Positions 20,366 through 30,408 of a stretch of 64,000 nt of DNA are shown here, in pieces. The position numbers were made by a program, and so were the translations under genes. This DNA is from Candidatus Poribacteria bacterium (GTDB lineage Bacteria > Poribacteria > WGA-4E > JAJDTR01). The DNA lies in assembly GCA_965222225.1 (NCBI GenBank), contig CBDCTK010000002.1:2752001-2816000 (forward strand). The letters run 5' to 3'. The stretch's first letter is position 1; each line of letters opens with the position of its first letter. The notes below the pieces were generated by a model that ran no database searches, was not told the origin of the DNA, and was given only the letters and a program-made list of their open reading frames with translations.

Positions 20366-23077
20366 GTGAACTACGACAATCCGACTACCAAAGTAAATGA
20401 TTCCATTGCTAGGGCGCTCAAATTGCCGCGCGGCGCCACATTCCACCGTTGCGCGTTACGCGTTAACTCCTATGGTTGCAGCGGCAGCGTCCGGGAGCAG
20501 AGCAGTATCTCGGATGCCGAAACGCACGCAAAACACATTATCGCAAAGGCCGTGGAGTTACAGGTTGCCGTCCTAGCGATAACTGACTACAATGATGTTA
20601 GAGGTGTACCGGTTTTTCAGGATGCCGCCGCCCGCCACGAGATCCACGTATTCCCAGGATTCAAGCTTTCTTCAAGCGAGGGAGTGCCTGTCTTGTGCAT
20701 TTATCCCGAGGATACCAACAACGAACTGGATAACTTCCTCGGCGAGTTCGGAATTACACAGCCGGGGCAGTCTACAGACCTTTCGACCAGGAGTTTCATT
20801 GAGATTCTGCGCGTAGTTCGACAGCAGGGCGGTGTCACCATTGCTGCGCCTGCCGTGAAGGGCAATCTTCGCCTTGGCAACCTTGGGGATCAAGCAAAGA
20901 TTCAAGCGTGGAAAAACGAGAATCTAGTCGCCATCCAGATTCCGGGTCAGATTGAACATTTACCGCAGGATGTACGCTCAATTATTCAAAACGCGAACGA
21001 CAGATACCGGCGCGACCATCCCGCAGGCGAGGAAATGGCGATAGCGGTCGTCAATGCCAACAACATCGTGCAACCCGAAGACTTAGAACACCCCTCGGCA
21101 ACCTGCTGGATAAAGATGTCCGAAATCAGCGTTGAGGGTTTGAGACAGGCGTTCTTGGACCCGGGTTCACGTATCCGCCTTAACCCTCAAGACGAGTCGG
21201 AAAAACACGCCGAGTTGGTTGCAATAGCCTGGGAAGGAGGATTTCTTGATGGCGCGGCGGTGCATTTCAACCAAAACCTCAATGTTCTCGTGGGTGGGCG
21301 CGGCGCCGGTAAGTCCACAGTCATTGAAAGCGTGCGCTATGTGCTAGGTTTGGAGCCTATTGGCGAGGATGCACGCAAAGCCCACGAAGGAATCGTTCGC
21401 CAAGTGCTACGCAGCGGGACGAAAATTTCCCTTCTCGCGCAATGCATTCGCCCGACACCACATAAATACACAATTGAGCGCACGGTTCCGAACCCGCCAC
21501 TAGTTCGCCTTGAGGAGGGCGAGATATCGAACCTTCTTCCTGAAGAGGTTCTTCCTCGAATTGAAGTCTATGGGCAACACGAGATCTCGGAACTCACCAA
21601 CAGCCCGGAGAAACTCACGCGGCTCCTCAATCGATTTGTGGAGCGTGATGGGTCTCTGGAGCGGCGGAAGGCTGAGTTGCGCCGGGATCTGGAGAAAAAT
21701 AGGCGGTCGATTGTAGATGTACGCGACGAGCTGGGACAAATTGAAGATCGGCTGGCAACTCTTCCCGCCCTAGAAGAAACCCTTGAACGCTATAAGCAAG
21801 CCGGATTTGAAGAGCGTTTGAACGAGCAGAGTCTCTTGGTGCGCGAGGAGCGCGTGCTCGACTCAATCCCCGAGCGGCTGCGGACATTTGACGAATGCCT
21901 TGACCTTCTGCGACAGGAGATTCCCATTGATCGCGCATTCTTGTCACCGCGTGCGCTCAGTGACCTGCCCGGAAGGGAGATACTCACTGATGCCAATCAA
22001 GTGCTGGAGCACCTGAATCGTGACATTGCCCAGATTGTGGACCGACTCGAGGAAGCACTGAGACTTGCTAACGAAGGGATTTCCGAGATCAGGTCTCGTT
22101 GGAACGTGCGGGTGCGCGAGGTGCAGACCGCATACGAGAGTATCCTTCGCGACCTGCAGGCATTGGCAGTCGACGGAGAAGATTTCATTCGCCTGCGGCG
22201 CGAAATTGAAGGACTTCAACCCTTGCGACAGCGCCAATCCCTGTTGCAACGGCTCCAAAATGAGTACGTGACGCGTCGTCGGACGCTCCGCGATGAGTGG
22301 AAAAATTTGAAAGACGAAGAGATAGAGCTCCTCCGCCAAGCCGCAAGAAATGTTGGGAAAAAGCTCCCTGACCGCGTCCAAGTGGAGGTCACCGAGGCAG
22401 GCGATCGAGAGTCGCTGTTCCAGCTACTTCGTGATGAGATTGGGGGCCGCCTCTCCGAAGCTATTGATGCACTTAGGCAACCACAGAAACTCTCCCCACA
22501 AGAGTTAGCTAAGGAATTACGCGCAGGCACGGAAGCCGTGCAAAGAATCTACGCAATCCCATCCGGCCAGGCGGAGCGTCTCACGAAAGCCTCGGAGGAG
22601 GTTTTTATGAAGATCGAGGAGTTGGACTTGTCCCCAACAACGGCAATCCAACTCAACACCGCCCCAGCAGGAAAACCGCCCAACTGGCGAGCGCTCGAGG
22701 ACCTGTCAAAGGGCCAGAAAGCCACCGCCGTTCTCCTGCTCCTGCTGTTGGATTCCGATGCGCCATTGATTGTGGACCAACCGGAGGACGACCTTGACAA
22801 TCGCTTCATCACTGAGGGCATAGTCCCCAAGATGCGGGAGGAGAAACTTAGGAGGCAGTTCTTGTTCTCGACCCACAACGCCAATATCCCGGTTCTCGGC
22901 GATGCCGAACTCATCCTCGGACTCACGGCGATAGGTGAAGCCATCCAAGGAATGGCACAAATCGCGGCTGAACACATGGGATCTATTGACTCACAATCGA
23001 TTCAAGAATTGGTTAAGGACCTACTGGAAGGCGGTAAGGATGCCTTTGAGACACGGCGGTTGAAGTATGGCTTCTAA
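20366..23077 (+). CDS. PHP-like domain plus SMC/ABC-type ATPase (TrlF/Ppl-like), PHP site degenerate
   Basis: Walker A GGRGAGKS, long coiled coil, LSKGQK signature, Walker B IVDQPEDDLD, STHN; N-terminal PHP-fold motifs. Start uncertain because the longer ORF overlaps the tRNA. Confidence 0.85.
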   Translation: MNYDNPTTKVNDSIARALKLPRGATFHRCALRVNSYGCSGSVREQSSISDAETHAKHIIAKAVELQVAVLAITDYNDVRGVPVFQDAAARHEIHVFPGFKLSSSEGVPVLCIYPEDTNNELDNFLGEFGITQPGQSTDLSTRSFIEILRVVRQQGGVTIAAPAVKGNLRLGNLGDQAKIQAWKNENLVAIQIPGQIEHLPQDVRSIIQNANDRYRRDHPAGEEMAIAVVNANNIVQPEDLEHPSATCWIKMSEISVEGLRQAFLDPGSRIRLNPQDESEKHAELVAIAWEGGFLDGAAVHFNQNLNVLVGGRGAGKSTVIESVRYVLGLEPIGEDARKAHEGIVRQVLRSGTKISLLAQCIRPTPHKYTIERTVPNPPLVRLEEGEISNLLPEEVLPRIEVYGQHEISELTNSPEKLTRLLNRFVERDGSLERRKAELRRDLEKNRRSIVDVRDELGQIEDRLATLPALEETLERYKQAGFEERLNEQSLLVREERVLDSIPERLRTFDECLDLLRQEIPIDRAFLSPRALSDLPGREILTDANQVLEHLNRDIAQIVDRLEEALRLANEGISEIRSRWNVRVREVQTAYESILRDLQALAVDGEDFIRLRREIEGLQPLRQRQSLLQRLQNEYVTRRRTLRDEWKNLKDEEIELLRQAARNVGKKLPDRVQVEVTEAGDRESLFQLLRDEIGGRLSEAIDALRQPQKLSPQELAKELRAGTEAVQRIYAIPSGQAERLTKASEEVFMKIEELDLSPTTAIQLNTAPAGKPPNWRALEDLSKGQKATAVLLLLLLDSDAPLIVDQPEDDLDNRFITEGIVPKMREEKLRRQFLFSTHNANIPVLGDAELILGLTAIGEAIQGMAQIAAEHMGSIDSQSIQELVKDLLEGGKDAFETRRLKYGF

Positions 23078-23086
23078 GGAGGCAGA

Positions 23087-24307
23087 ATGAACAAAAGCGA
23101 GCTACAGGAGCTTATTCACAATCCGGAAGATTCAGGTGTGGAGTTCAAGCGCGACGATGTTGCAAACCACGACTTAGCCAAGGAACTCGTCGCATTCCTG
23201 AACCTCGAAGGTGGAACCGTTCTGCTAGGAGTCGAGAAGGACGGATCAATCACGGGCACCACACGCGAAAACCTTGAAGAGTGGGTTGCGGAACTTTGCC
23301 GGGTAAAGATTGATCCGCCGATAATTCCGTTTCTTTCTTGGGTGAGGGAGGCACTGCCGGGCCGCGATGTTCTCGCCGTTAGAGTGCCTATAGGACCAGA
23401 TAAACCCTACGCTCGGGTTCACAATGGTCGTACGACCTATTTCATCCGCGTCGGAAGCACTTCACAGGAGGCGAGCCGGGACGAACTTGAGCGTATGTTC
23501 CAGGCGTCGGGACATCTGCACTACGGCGTGAAACCCGTGCCGGGTGCCGGATTCGACGGTTTAGATTATCGCCGACTACGCGATTACCTGACTCGCGTCC
23601 TCGGCGGACAGGAGCCCGCAGATGTTGATTCTGAAGGCTGGCAGACTTTGCTTCTGAATCTAGATCTGATGACGCTGTCGGCAGGGATGGCGCTTGCTAC
23701 GATTGATGGGTTGCTTCTCTTTGGAAGAACGCCGAAGAGATTCCTGCCGCAATCCGGCATTCGCGCCGTTTGCTTTCCGGGAACTGAACCCGATTACGCG
23801 ACACGCGCCGACGAGAACTTACGCGGGCCAATGGTTTCGTTGCGCGCCGCAAACGGCGACATCATTGAAGCCGGTCTCGTCGAACAGGCGTGGGACTTCG
23901 TTCGGCGTAACACCACACCAATAGCTAACATAGAAGACACACAGAGGGTTGATTCCTGGCAATACCCCGAGAGTGTGGTCCGCGAAGCTGTCGTGAATGC
24001 CCTCGTTCATCGCGATTACAGCATCGCGGGTACCGACATAATGCTGGAAATCTATTCTGATCGCTTGGAGATCGCCAGTCCCGGGCGACTCCCCAACACA
24101 ATAACCCCGGACGGAATGAAAGCGGGGGCACGTTACGCTCGCAACCAAATACTGGTTAATATCATGCGTGACTACGGTTACGCCGAGGCAAGAGGCATGG
24201 GCGTTCGAAACAAGATTATTCCCGGCATGTTCGCCCACAATGGCACCGAGCCAGATCTGATAGCTGAGACAAATCGTTTCATCGTACGGTTGTGGATGGA
24301 GTCCTGA
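23087..24307 (+). CDS. Schlafen/AlbA_2 domain plus HATPase_c_4 (RecG C-terminal-like) protein
   Basis: E...VEFK, AFLN..GGT.LLGV..DG, REAVVNALVHRDY, G..EARGMG; strong RBS just after the ATPase stop. Confidence 0.9.
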   Translation: MNKSELQELIHNPEDSGVEFKRDDVANHDLAKELVAFLNLEGGTVLLGVEKDGSITGTTRENLEEWVAELCRVKIDPPIIPFLSWVREALPGRDVLAVRVPIGPDKPYARVHNGRTTYFIRVGSTSQEASRDELERMFQASGHLHYGVKPVPGAGFDGLDYRRLRDYLTRVLGGQEPADVDSEGWQTLLLNLDLMTLSAGMALATIDGLLLFGRTPKRFLPQSGIRAVCFPGTEPDYATRADENLRGPMVSLRAANGDIIEAGLVEQAWDFVRRNTTPIANIEDTQRVDSWQYPESVVREAVVNALVHRDYSIAGTDIMLEIYSDRLEIASPGRLPNTITPDGMKAGARYARNQILVNIMRDYGYAEARGMGVRNKIIPGMFAHNGTEPDLIAETNRFIVRLWMES

Positions 24308-24526
24308 AGCAAGCTAGTCTTAACCAATGTAATGTCTGGGCGGGACAGAGCACAGTATTGGGCTTACCTCGCTGAGGGAAACGAGCGAGGTTGACGTGTA
24401 GATCTACCCCAAACATATGGGACAGGCCGACTCGCTACCGATACAACTTTCGGCTAATGATTTCCGCGAAGATAGGACGGATGCTCTTGAGACATGACGA
24501 TTTAACGACTGTTACTGAGGACGGCC

Positions 24527-25762
24527 ATGAACAGCACTGAATTGAACGAACTGATTCGCAACGGAGAAAATTCGGGAGTTGAATTCAAGCGTGACGAGAT
24601 TCACCCGGACGAACTGGCTAAAGAACTCTCAGCAATGCTCAATTTCGAAGGCGGGAAGATTTTGCTTGGGGTTGAGGATGATGGCAGCATCACAGGATTG
24701 ACAGGGAGCCGTGAGAAGGCGGAAGAGAGGGTAATGAACATTGCACGCCAAAACCTGCAACCCGGGATTATCACATCATGGTCTTGTATAACGCCAGACG
24801 ATGGCAAGGTTGTCGGTGTAGTAGAACTGCCCGCCGATGGTCCCGGTAAACCGTACAAAGCTAGGCGCGGTAAGGCCTGGGTGACCTTTATCCGAGTGGG
24901 AACCACATCACGCGAGGCAACGCGTGACGAGGAAACGCGTCTTTATCAAGCAAGCCGCTTAATTCGGTACGATATTAGTCCCGTTCCCGACACAGGGCTG
25001 GATAGCCTTGATCTCGATCGGATCGAGAACTACTTTCGCGTCATCCTACAACGGGATGCTCCTGCGGTTGAAGATAGCGAAGCTTGGCATCAGATCCTAG
25101 TGAACATTGACCTGCTTACTGAATCAGGGAGAGCCACCGTGGCTACGGTAGCAGGAATGTTGATTTTCGGCGAATATCCAAATCGCAGACTGCCTCAGGC
25201 TGGCATTACGGCAACGGCTTTTCCGGGCCAAGAGAAAGACTACGACACGATTGACGAGGAACTCATCAGAGGACCTTTGGTCTCGCTTTTATCGGCAAAA
25301 AAGCGCCCAGTGGAAAAGGGCGTTATCGACCGAGCGGTGGACTTCGTTGAACGCAACATGGGTACAAGTGCCTGGCTTGAAGGGGGCCGACGTCGGCGGA
25401 AGAAGGCACTTCCAAAGGATGCCATCCGTGAGAGCATCGTGAACGCGGTCGTCCACCGAGACTACACACTTATCGGCACGGATATTGAAATTTCGCTGTA
25501 CCAGGATCGCTTTGAAGTCATTTCACCCGGTCGGCTGCCCAACGGCGTGAACGTGGAGAAGATGAAGGAGGGGCTGCGGGCAGCCAGAAACGAACAGCTA
25601 AAAGAAATCCTGCGCGACTATGGTTACGTGGAACACCTCGGCATGGGTGTCCGCAACCGAATTATTGGGTCCATGCGTGTGCATAACGGCACCGAACCCG
25701 ACCTGATTGAGGATGAAAGTCGTTTCATCGTCCGTTTGTGGAAGAAACCTAAAGGCACATGA
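24527..25762 (+). CDS. Second Schlafen/AlbA_2 plus HATPase_c_4 paralog
   Basis: GENSGVEFKRD, RESIVNAVVHRDY, EHLGMGVRN. Confidence 0.9.
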   Translation: MNSTELNELIRNGENSGVEFKRDEIHPDELAKELSAMLNFEGGKILLGVEDDGSITGLTGSREKAEERVMNIARQNLQPGIITSWSCITPDDGKVVGVVELPADGPGKPYKARRGKAWVTFIRVGTTSREATRDEETRLYQASRLIRYDISPVPDTGLDSLDLDRIENYFRVILQRDAPAVEDSEAWHQILVNIDLLTESGRATVATVAGMLIFGEYPNRRLPQAGITATAFPGQEKDYDTIDEELIRGPLVSLLSAKKRPVEKGVIDRAVDFVERNMGTSAWLEGGRRRRKKALPKDAIRESIVNAVVHRDYTLIGTDIEISLYQDRFEVISPGRLPNGVNVEKMKEGLRAARNEQLKEILRDYGYVEHLGMGVRNRIIGSMRVHNGTEPDLIEDESRFIVRLWKKPKGT

Positions 25763-25894
25763 TTTCTAACGAATTCTAGCATCTGTCACAGGCCGCGCGT
25801 ATCGGGCGTCTGCGCTCTGCTCAGGTCCCGACGCTACAAGGTGATAGCTGACTATGGCACTGAAGAAATCCCAAATCTACGCCTCTCTCTGGCA

Positions 25895-26030
25895 AAGTTG
25901 CGACGCGCTCATTGACTCCCTGACGGCGGTGGCTTTGCCGACATGGTGAAGCTAAACGGTGACATTGAGATTGACGACAAATTCAACAAGATTATCGGCA
26001 AGTTCGCCGAGGCAAACGAACTTAAGGAGG
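25895..26030 (+). pseudogene. Remnant of the N-terminal region of a type I R-M methyltransferase (HsdM)
   Basis: DALID/PDGGGFADMVKLNGDIEIDDKFNKIIGKFAEANELK; no start codon. Confidence 0.6.
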
Positions 26031-26108
26031 TCTTGTCGTATCTGGCACCCGTTCAACGGGTTGTGTCCCCTCAAACAACCGATAATTCCTAACGTAGAGG
26101 CATGATCA

Positions 26109-26480
26109 ATGATCAAAGGTGTGCACACGATGTTCTACTCTTCGGAGCCGGAGGCGTTGCGCGAGTTCCTCCGCGACAAACTTGGCTTCGACTCCTATAC
26201 GGACGTTGGCGGTGGATGGCTCATCTTCGATCTGCCGGAGGCGGACATGGGGGTGCACCCCGCCGATCCGAGCGGCGAACATGGTGCACCCGCCGGCACC
26301 CACGACATCTCCTTCTACTGCGACGACATCAATGCCACGGTCGCGGAGTTAGGAAGCCGTGGTGTGGTCTTTGATGGTGAGGTAGTTGATGCCGGATTCG
26401 GTCTGGTGGTACACTTCGAGATGCCGGGCGGTGTGCGTGTGCAACTCTACTAGCCCCATTACGAAAAAGGTACGGGCTGA
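26109..26480 (+). CDS. VOC/glyoxalase family protein with premature TAG near the C-terminus
   Basis: FLRDKLG, GGGWLIF, ISFYCDDI; QLY-TAG-PHYEKGTG-TGA. Confidence 0.8.
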
Positions 26481-26588
26481 AGCGCGACAGGCAAAGATAT
26501 TGGTTTGCTGCCGGCGCCATTCTTAAACTGTTAGGCAAGGACACCTAGGCGCTTTACCCATCTCACTAAGCACAAGGAGAACAGAATC

Positions 26589-27026
26589 ATGCATGAAGTC
26601 AATCTTCTGGCGGTGCTGGCTGCCGGAATCGTTCCGATGGTTGTCGGCGCCCTCTGGTATGGCCCGCTATTCGGCAAACGGTGGCTCGAACTGATGGAAA
26701 CCACCGCGGAGGAGATTCAAGAAGGTTTCAACCCGTTGAAGACGTATGGTGTGAGTTTCTTGCTGGCGTTGGTTACCGCGTTTATCTTGGCGCAGTTGTT
26801 CGCCGGGATGGGTGGAGCCGAGCCCGTCGTCTCAATCACCGGCAAGAGCGGGGACGCGCTGGCGGGCGTTTACTTGGCGATCATGGCGCTGATTGCTTTC
26901 ATCCTCCCGGTCGGCTACCAGTCGGTCGCTTTTGAGAAGCGGAAGGCGGGGCTCTTCTGGCTCAACCTGGGTCATAACGGAGTGGCGCTTCTCGGGCAGG
27001 CGGTGATAGTCGCTGCCTGGAGTTGA
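26589..27026 (+). CDS. DUF1761 family membrane protein
   Basis: VNLLAVLAA...GALWYGPLFGKRW; four hydrophobic helices. Confidence 0.85.
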   Translation: MHEVNLLAVLAAGIVPMVVGALWYGPLFGKRWLELMETTAEEIQEGFNPLKTYGVSFLLALVTAFILAQLFAGMGGAEPVVSITGKSGDALAGVYLAIMALIAFILPVGYQSVAFEKRKAGLFWLNLGHNGVALLGQAVIVAAWS

Positions 27027-27180
27027 TCATGAGGTCTAGTTTGTCGTTTGACCTCTGCGCCGTGGTCGAAGAAGCCGTACGTTTCCGGAGCGAGAACTGA
27101 AGGATTGTAAATTGGCTAGCCTAAGACAATCTGGAGAGGCCAATTGGGACGACGATAAAGCTAGACAAGGTTGGTTTATG

Positions 27181-27504
27181 ATGAAACGAGAACTAGACCA
27201 GAGCACGTTGGACGATATCATTCGGCGCGTAGTTGAGGTAGCCCAGCCGGAGCGAATCATACTCTTTGGGTCCGCCGTTCGAGGCTTGATGGCACGGAAT
27301 AGCGATGTCGATCTGCTCATCGTCAAAGAGGGGGGCGACGCGAAGAATCTCAGGGCACGGATTTACGAGAACCTCTACGGAGTGCGTGTTGCGGTCGATG
27401 CGATACTGGTTTCGCCGGCGGATCTTGAGCGATACAAAGACAGCCACGCTTTGGTCATCAAGCCCGCCTTGCAAGAAGGTAGGGTCGTGTATGAAGCCTC
27501 CTGA
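27181..27504 (+). CDS. Minimal nucleotidyltransferase (MNT) antitoxin
   Basis: IILFGS..RG....SDVDLL; ends EGRVVYEA. Confidence 0.9.
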   Translation: MKRELDQSTLDDIIRRVVEVAQPERIILFGSAVRGLMARNSDVDLLIVKEGGDAKNLRARIYENLYGVRVAVDAILVSPADLERYKDSHALVIKPALQEGRVVYEAS

Positions 27505-27559
27505 ACGATTTCCGCCCGATGATCCGCGAGAGTGGTTAAACCGCGCCAGTGTCCCGTGA
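27491..27559 (+). pseudogene. Truncated HEPN toxin (N-terminus only)
   Basis: MKPPERFPPDDPREWLNRA overlaps the MNT stop and is then cut off. Confidence 0.65.
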
Positions 27560-27759
27560 AGGTCCCAGCGTAACTGTGTTTGTATCCGGTCGGGAGAGGC
27601 ACTTACCGGGACGGGTTAGAAAATCTCGGTTTTGGTGAACAGTGGACATCGGAAAATCGGACTCTTCCAGAATCTTCACGAGTGATCGAACCCGGAGCGG
27701 TAATGCATGCGATGCTAAACGGTAGCCGTCATAATTGCGGTTGGTCGCTCGTGAATGGT

Positions 27760-29151
27760 TTACATCCATTGCCTAAATAGCGCCGAATTCACATTTGCAG
27801 GCACGTACCACTTCTTTTTGAACGGATCCCACCGTCCGCCGAGTTTCTTGCACTCATCCTTGTCGGAATAAGGGCAGTTCAAATAGATACGGTCTTCAGA
27901 CTGCGCGGTAAAAATTTTTGCTTGATTCTGTTCCTCAATCAGTTTTGTCGGCGGGGCATCCTTACCTTTGCAAAACCGGCACACCCTCCCATGTCCTCCT
28001 TTGCCTTTCTTCAACTTCTGATCGAAGAAGTCGGCTAGCGGTTTGATTTCGCCGCATCGGCTGCAGACCTTGCTATTCTTCTTGTTGAGAGCCTCCTGAA
28101 GTTTCTTTTGTTCCTCAATGAGCTTTGGCGGTTCGCGCTCAATATCGATTTTTGCGAGCATCTTTCGCAAGCGCTCATCGATCGTTTTGACCGGGTCATC
28201 ACCTATTGTGAACCGGTTGATTCGAAGAAAGCGGTATCCATACCCTTCCAAAATTTTCTGACGTTCGACATCCTCAGGCTTCATGTAGAATTCATAATTA
28301 GTCTCATCAACTTCGTCGAGATGGTCGAAGTGCTCCTTGAAGCCGTCATATTCGATAACAATCTTAGCAGTCTCGCGCTTGCCGCTTACCTTGATTAGGA
28401 AATCGACCTTGTAATTTGGGTGCATGTAGCTTGGATCGAGCTGGCGGAGGTAGGCACCGAGTTCAAACTGAGCATCGATTTCCACACGCTCGCCGAGTTC
28501 ATCCAAGAGCGGAACCCCACGCAGCCAGTTCAGGACCTGAAGTTCCATAGGTGAATTTGGATCCACTTCATCGGCCTCCGGTCCCTTACGGCCCTTCTCC
28601 AAAACTCCACGATAATGCGACAATGCAACCTGGATTCCCCCCTGCATGCCTTCAATGGGCTTCGAATGAAAAATGATTATCCGTTCCTTCGCGCGGCTGA
28701 ACCCGACGTTCAGGCGCTGAAGGCGAAGTTTTTCTTCGACATCATGGTCGTGGGTAATGTCTTTTGCGAAAATGTAATTAAGCCGATCACGGAGTGGCGT
28801 TGCGACCATTGAATAGATACAGACCTCAGCTTCCTCTCCTTGGCAGGTGTCAAAGGTGAAGACTCGAAGCCGGAGGCTGTCACTTAGATCGTTTCCATCT
28901 GGTAGTTCCCGCACACGTTCGAGAATAAGTCTCTGCTGCTCGTTGAATGGCGTAATCACACAGACATCCGGCGGGTTGTCGGATTTGCCAAGAGTTTTTA
29001 GGTAATCAATGACCGCGTCTGCTTCAAGCCGATTCGTGTTCCCCTTAATTTCGTGCAAGCCGTCATGCTCAAGTTCTACGAACTCAATGACCTCATCAAT
29101 CGGTTTACCTCGGATCTTCACAGCCTGCAGAGACCCGCCGTAAAAATACTT
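27760..29151 (-). pseudogene. C-terminal part of IS-disrupted SF1 helicase (AAA_12) + Vsr/REase-like nuclease + CxxC module + DUF5710-like tail
   Basis: VITPFNEQ, TFDTCQGEE, RLNVGFSRAK; VDF...IEYDG..H; YLNCPYSDKDECKKLGGRWDP..KKWYVP. Confidence 0.88.
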
Positions 29152-30400
29152 CGGAATTAGTAGCTTGTAGCTTTTAGACTGACGACAAACATAAAACTTG
29201 GTACCCTGTCGTAAATCTTTTCGTCACACGTAGATGTCCATAGTGACTATTCTTCTCGTAGGAGTTTGCTATGGACATTTTGAATCTTATGAAAGAGTTT
29301 CCAAATCAAGAATCTTGTCTCAGATTTATAGAGGAAAAACGTTGGAAGGACGGTGTTTGCTGTATCCACTGTGGCAGTGAAAAAGTTGGACGCAAGAACA
29401 AAAACGACATTACTACTGGTTGGAATTGCTACGATTGTGAATCTAGCTTTTCGGCTACAGCAGGAACCATCTTCCATGGTACCAAGATACCTCTCCAGAA
29501 ATGGTTTTTGGCTATCTCAATTCTTTCCAATGCCAAGAAAAGCATATCGAGTTGTCAGCTTGCTCGTGACTTGGACATGAATCAAAAGTCCGCTTGGTAT
29601 ATGGCAATGCGCCTCCGTGAGAAAATGAGTGATAGTGATGAATTGCTGAAAGGGATAGTTGAAGCGGACGAAACCTATGTCGGCGGCAAACCCAGAGCAA
29701 AATCTAAGAGAGGTAGAGGCACAAATAAATCTCCCGTCATCGGCGTAGTCGAGAGAGGCGGTCGGGTGGTTGCTAAATTCATGAAGGTTCTATCTGGTGA
29801 AAATATCAGAGAATTCATCCTTAGCAATGTCTCACCCGATGAGTCTATTCTTATGACTGATGAATTTCGCTCTTACAATAGTCTGGACGAAGATATCGAA
29901 AGACATGTTATCCATCACCAAGAGAGATATGTTTCTGAGGACGGCGTAACTCACACCAACACCATCGAGTCGTTTTGGGCTTGTGTCAAGAGGTCATTCT
30001 ACGGAACGCATCATCACTACAGCAAGAAGTGGCTGCCACTGTATATCATGGAGTCTTGCTGGAAATATAATCGCAGAAAAGATGATGAGATTTTCATAAG
30101 ATTTTTTGATGAATGCTTCACCTGAGCCACATGAATTGTTTGGCTATCGGTATATTCTGTCAACGACAACATCATGGTGTGCTGAAAATCCCATAGTGTT
30201 GGAAATTAAAATCCCGCAGATAACCCGCAATGCTCCCGCGAGCATGTACAAACGCTTGGTCAACATGATATGCCTCCATTTCTCTCTTATAGAGATGTAT
30301 TTTAGTGTGAATCAAGATTCCGAACACTGTCTAAAATGATTGTACATTAAGAAGAGAAAAGCAAGCAAATCGACCAAAAAGCAGTTAACTACTAAGTCCC
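29152..30400 (+). mobile_element. IS1595-family insertion sequence
   Basis: Imperfect terminal IRs GGAATTAGTAGCT / GGACTTAGTAGTT; 8-bp target duplication AAATACTT at 29144-29151 and 30401-30408. Confidence 0.92.
29271..30125 (+). CDS. IS1595 family transposase
   Basis: Zn ribbon (CIHCG, CYDC), VEADETYVGGK, LMTDE, HTNTIESFW. Confidence 0.95.
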   Translation: MDILNLMKEFPNQESCLRFIEEKRWKDGVCCIHCGSEKVGRKNKNDITTGWNCYDCESSFSATAGTIFHGTKIPLQKWFLAISILSNAKKSISSCQLARDLDMNQKSAWYMAMRLREKMSDSDELLKGIVEADETYVGGKPRAKSKRGRGTNKSPVIGVVERGGRVVAKFMKVLSGENIREFILSNVSPDESILMTDEFRSYNSLDEDIERHVIHHQERYVSEDGVTHTNTIESFWACVKRSFYGTHHHYSKKWLPLYIMESCWKYNRRKDDEIFIRFFDECFT

Positions 30401-30408
30401 AAATACTT

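Noticed and set aside
3207-26453. Repeated in-frame TAG codons (3207, 3851, 12809, 26451) suggesting TAG recoding (Gln or pyrrolysine)
   Set aside because: Many intact genes end at TAG where their families normally end (for example moaA ...IGG-TAG and the ATPase at 44319). The expected residues differ (Q versus W), the GH95 cases co-occur with frameshifts, and single transitions explain them.
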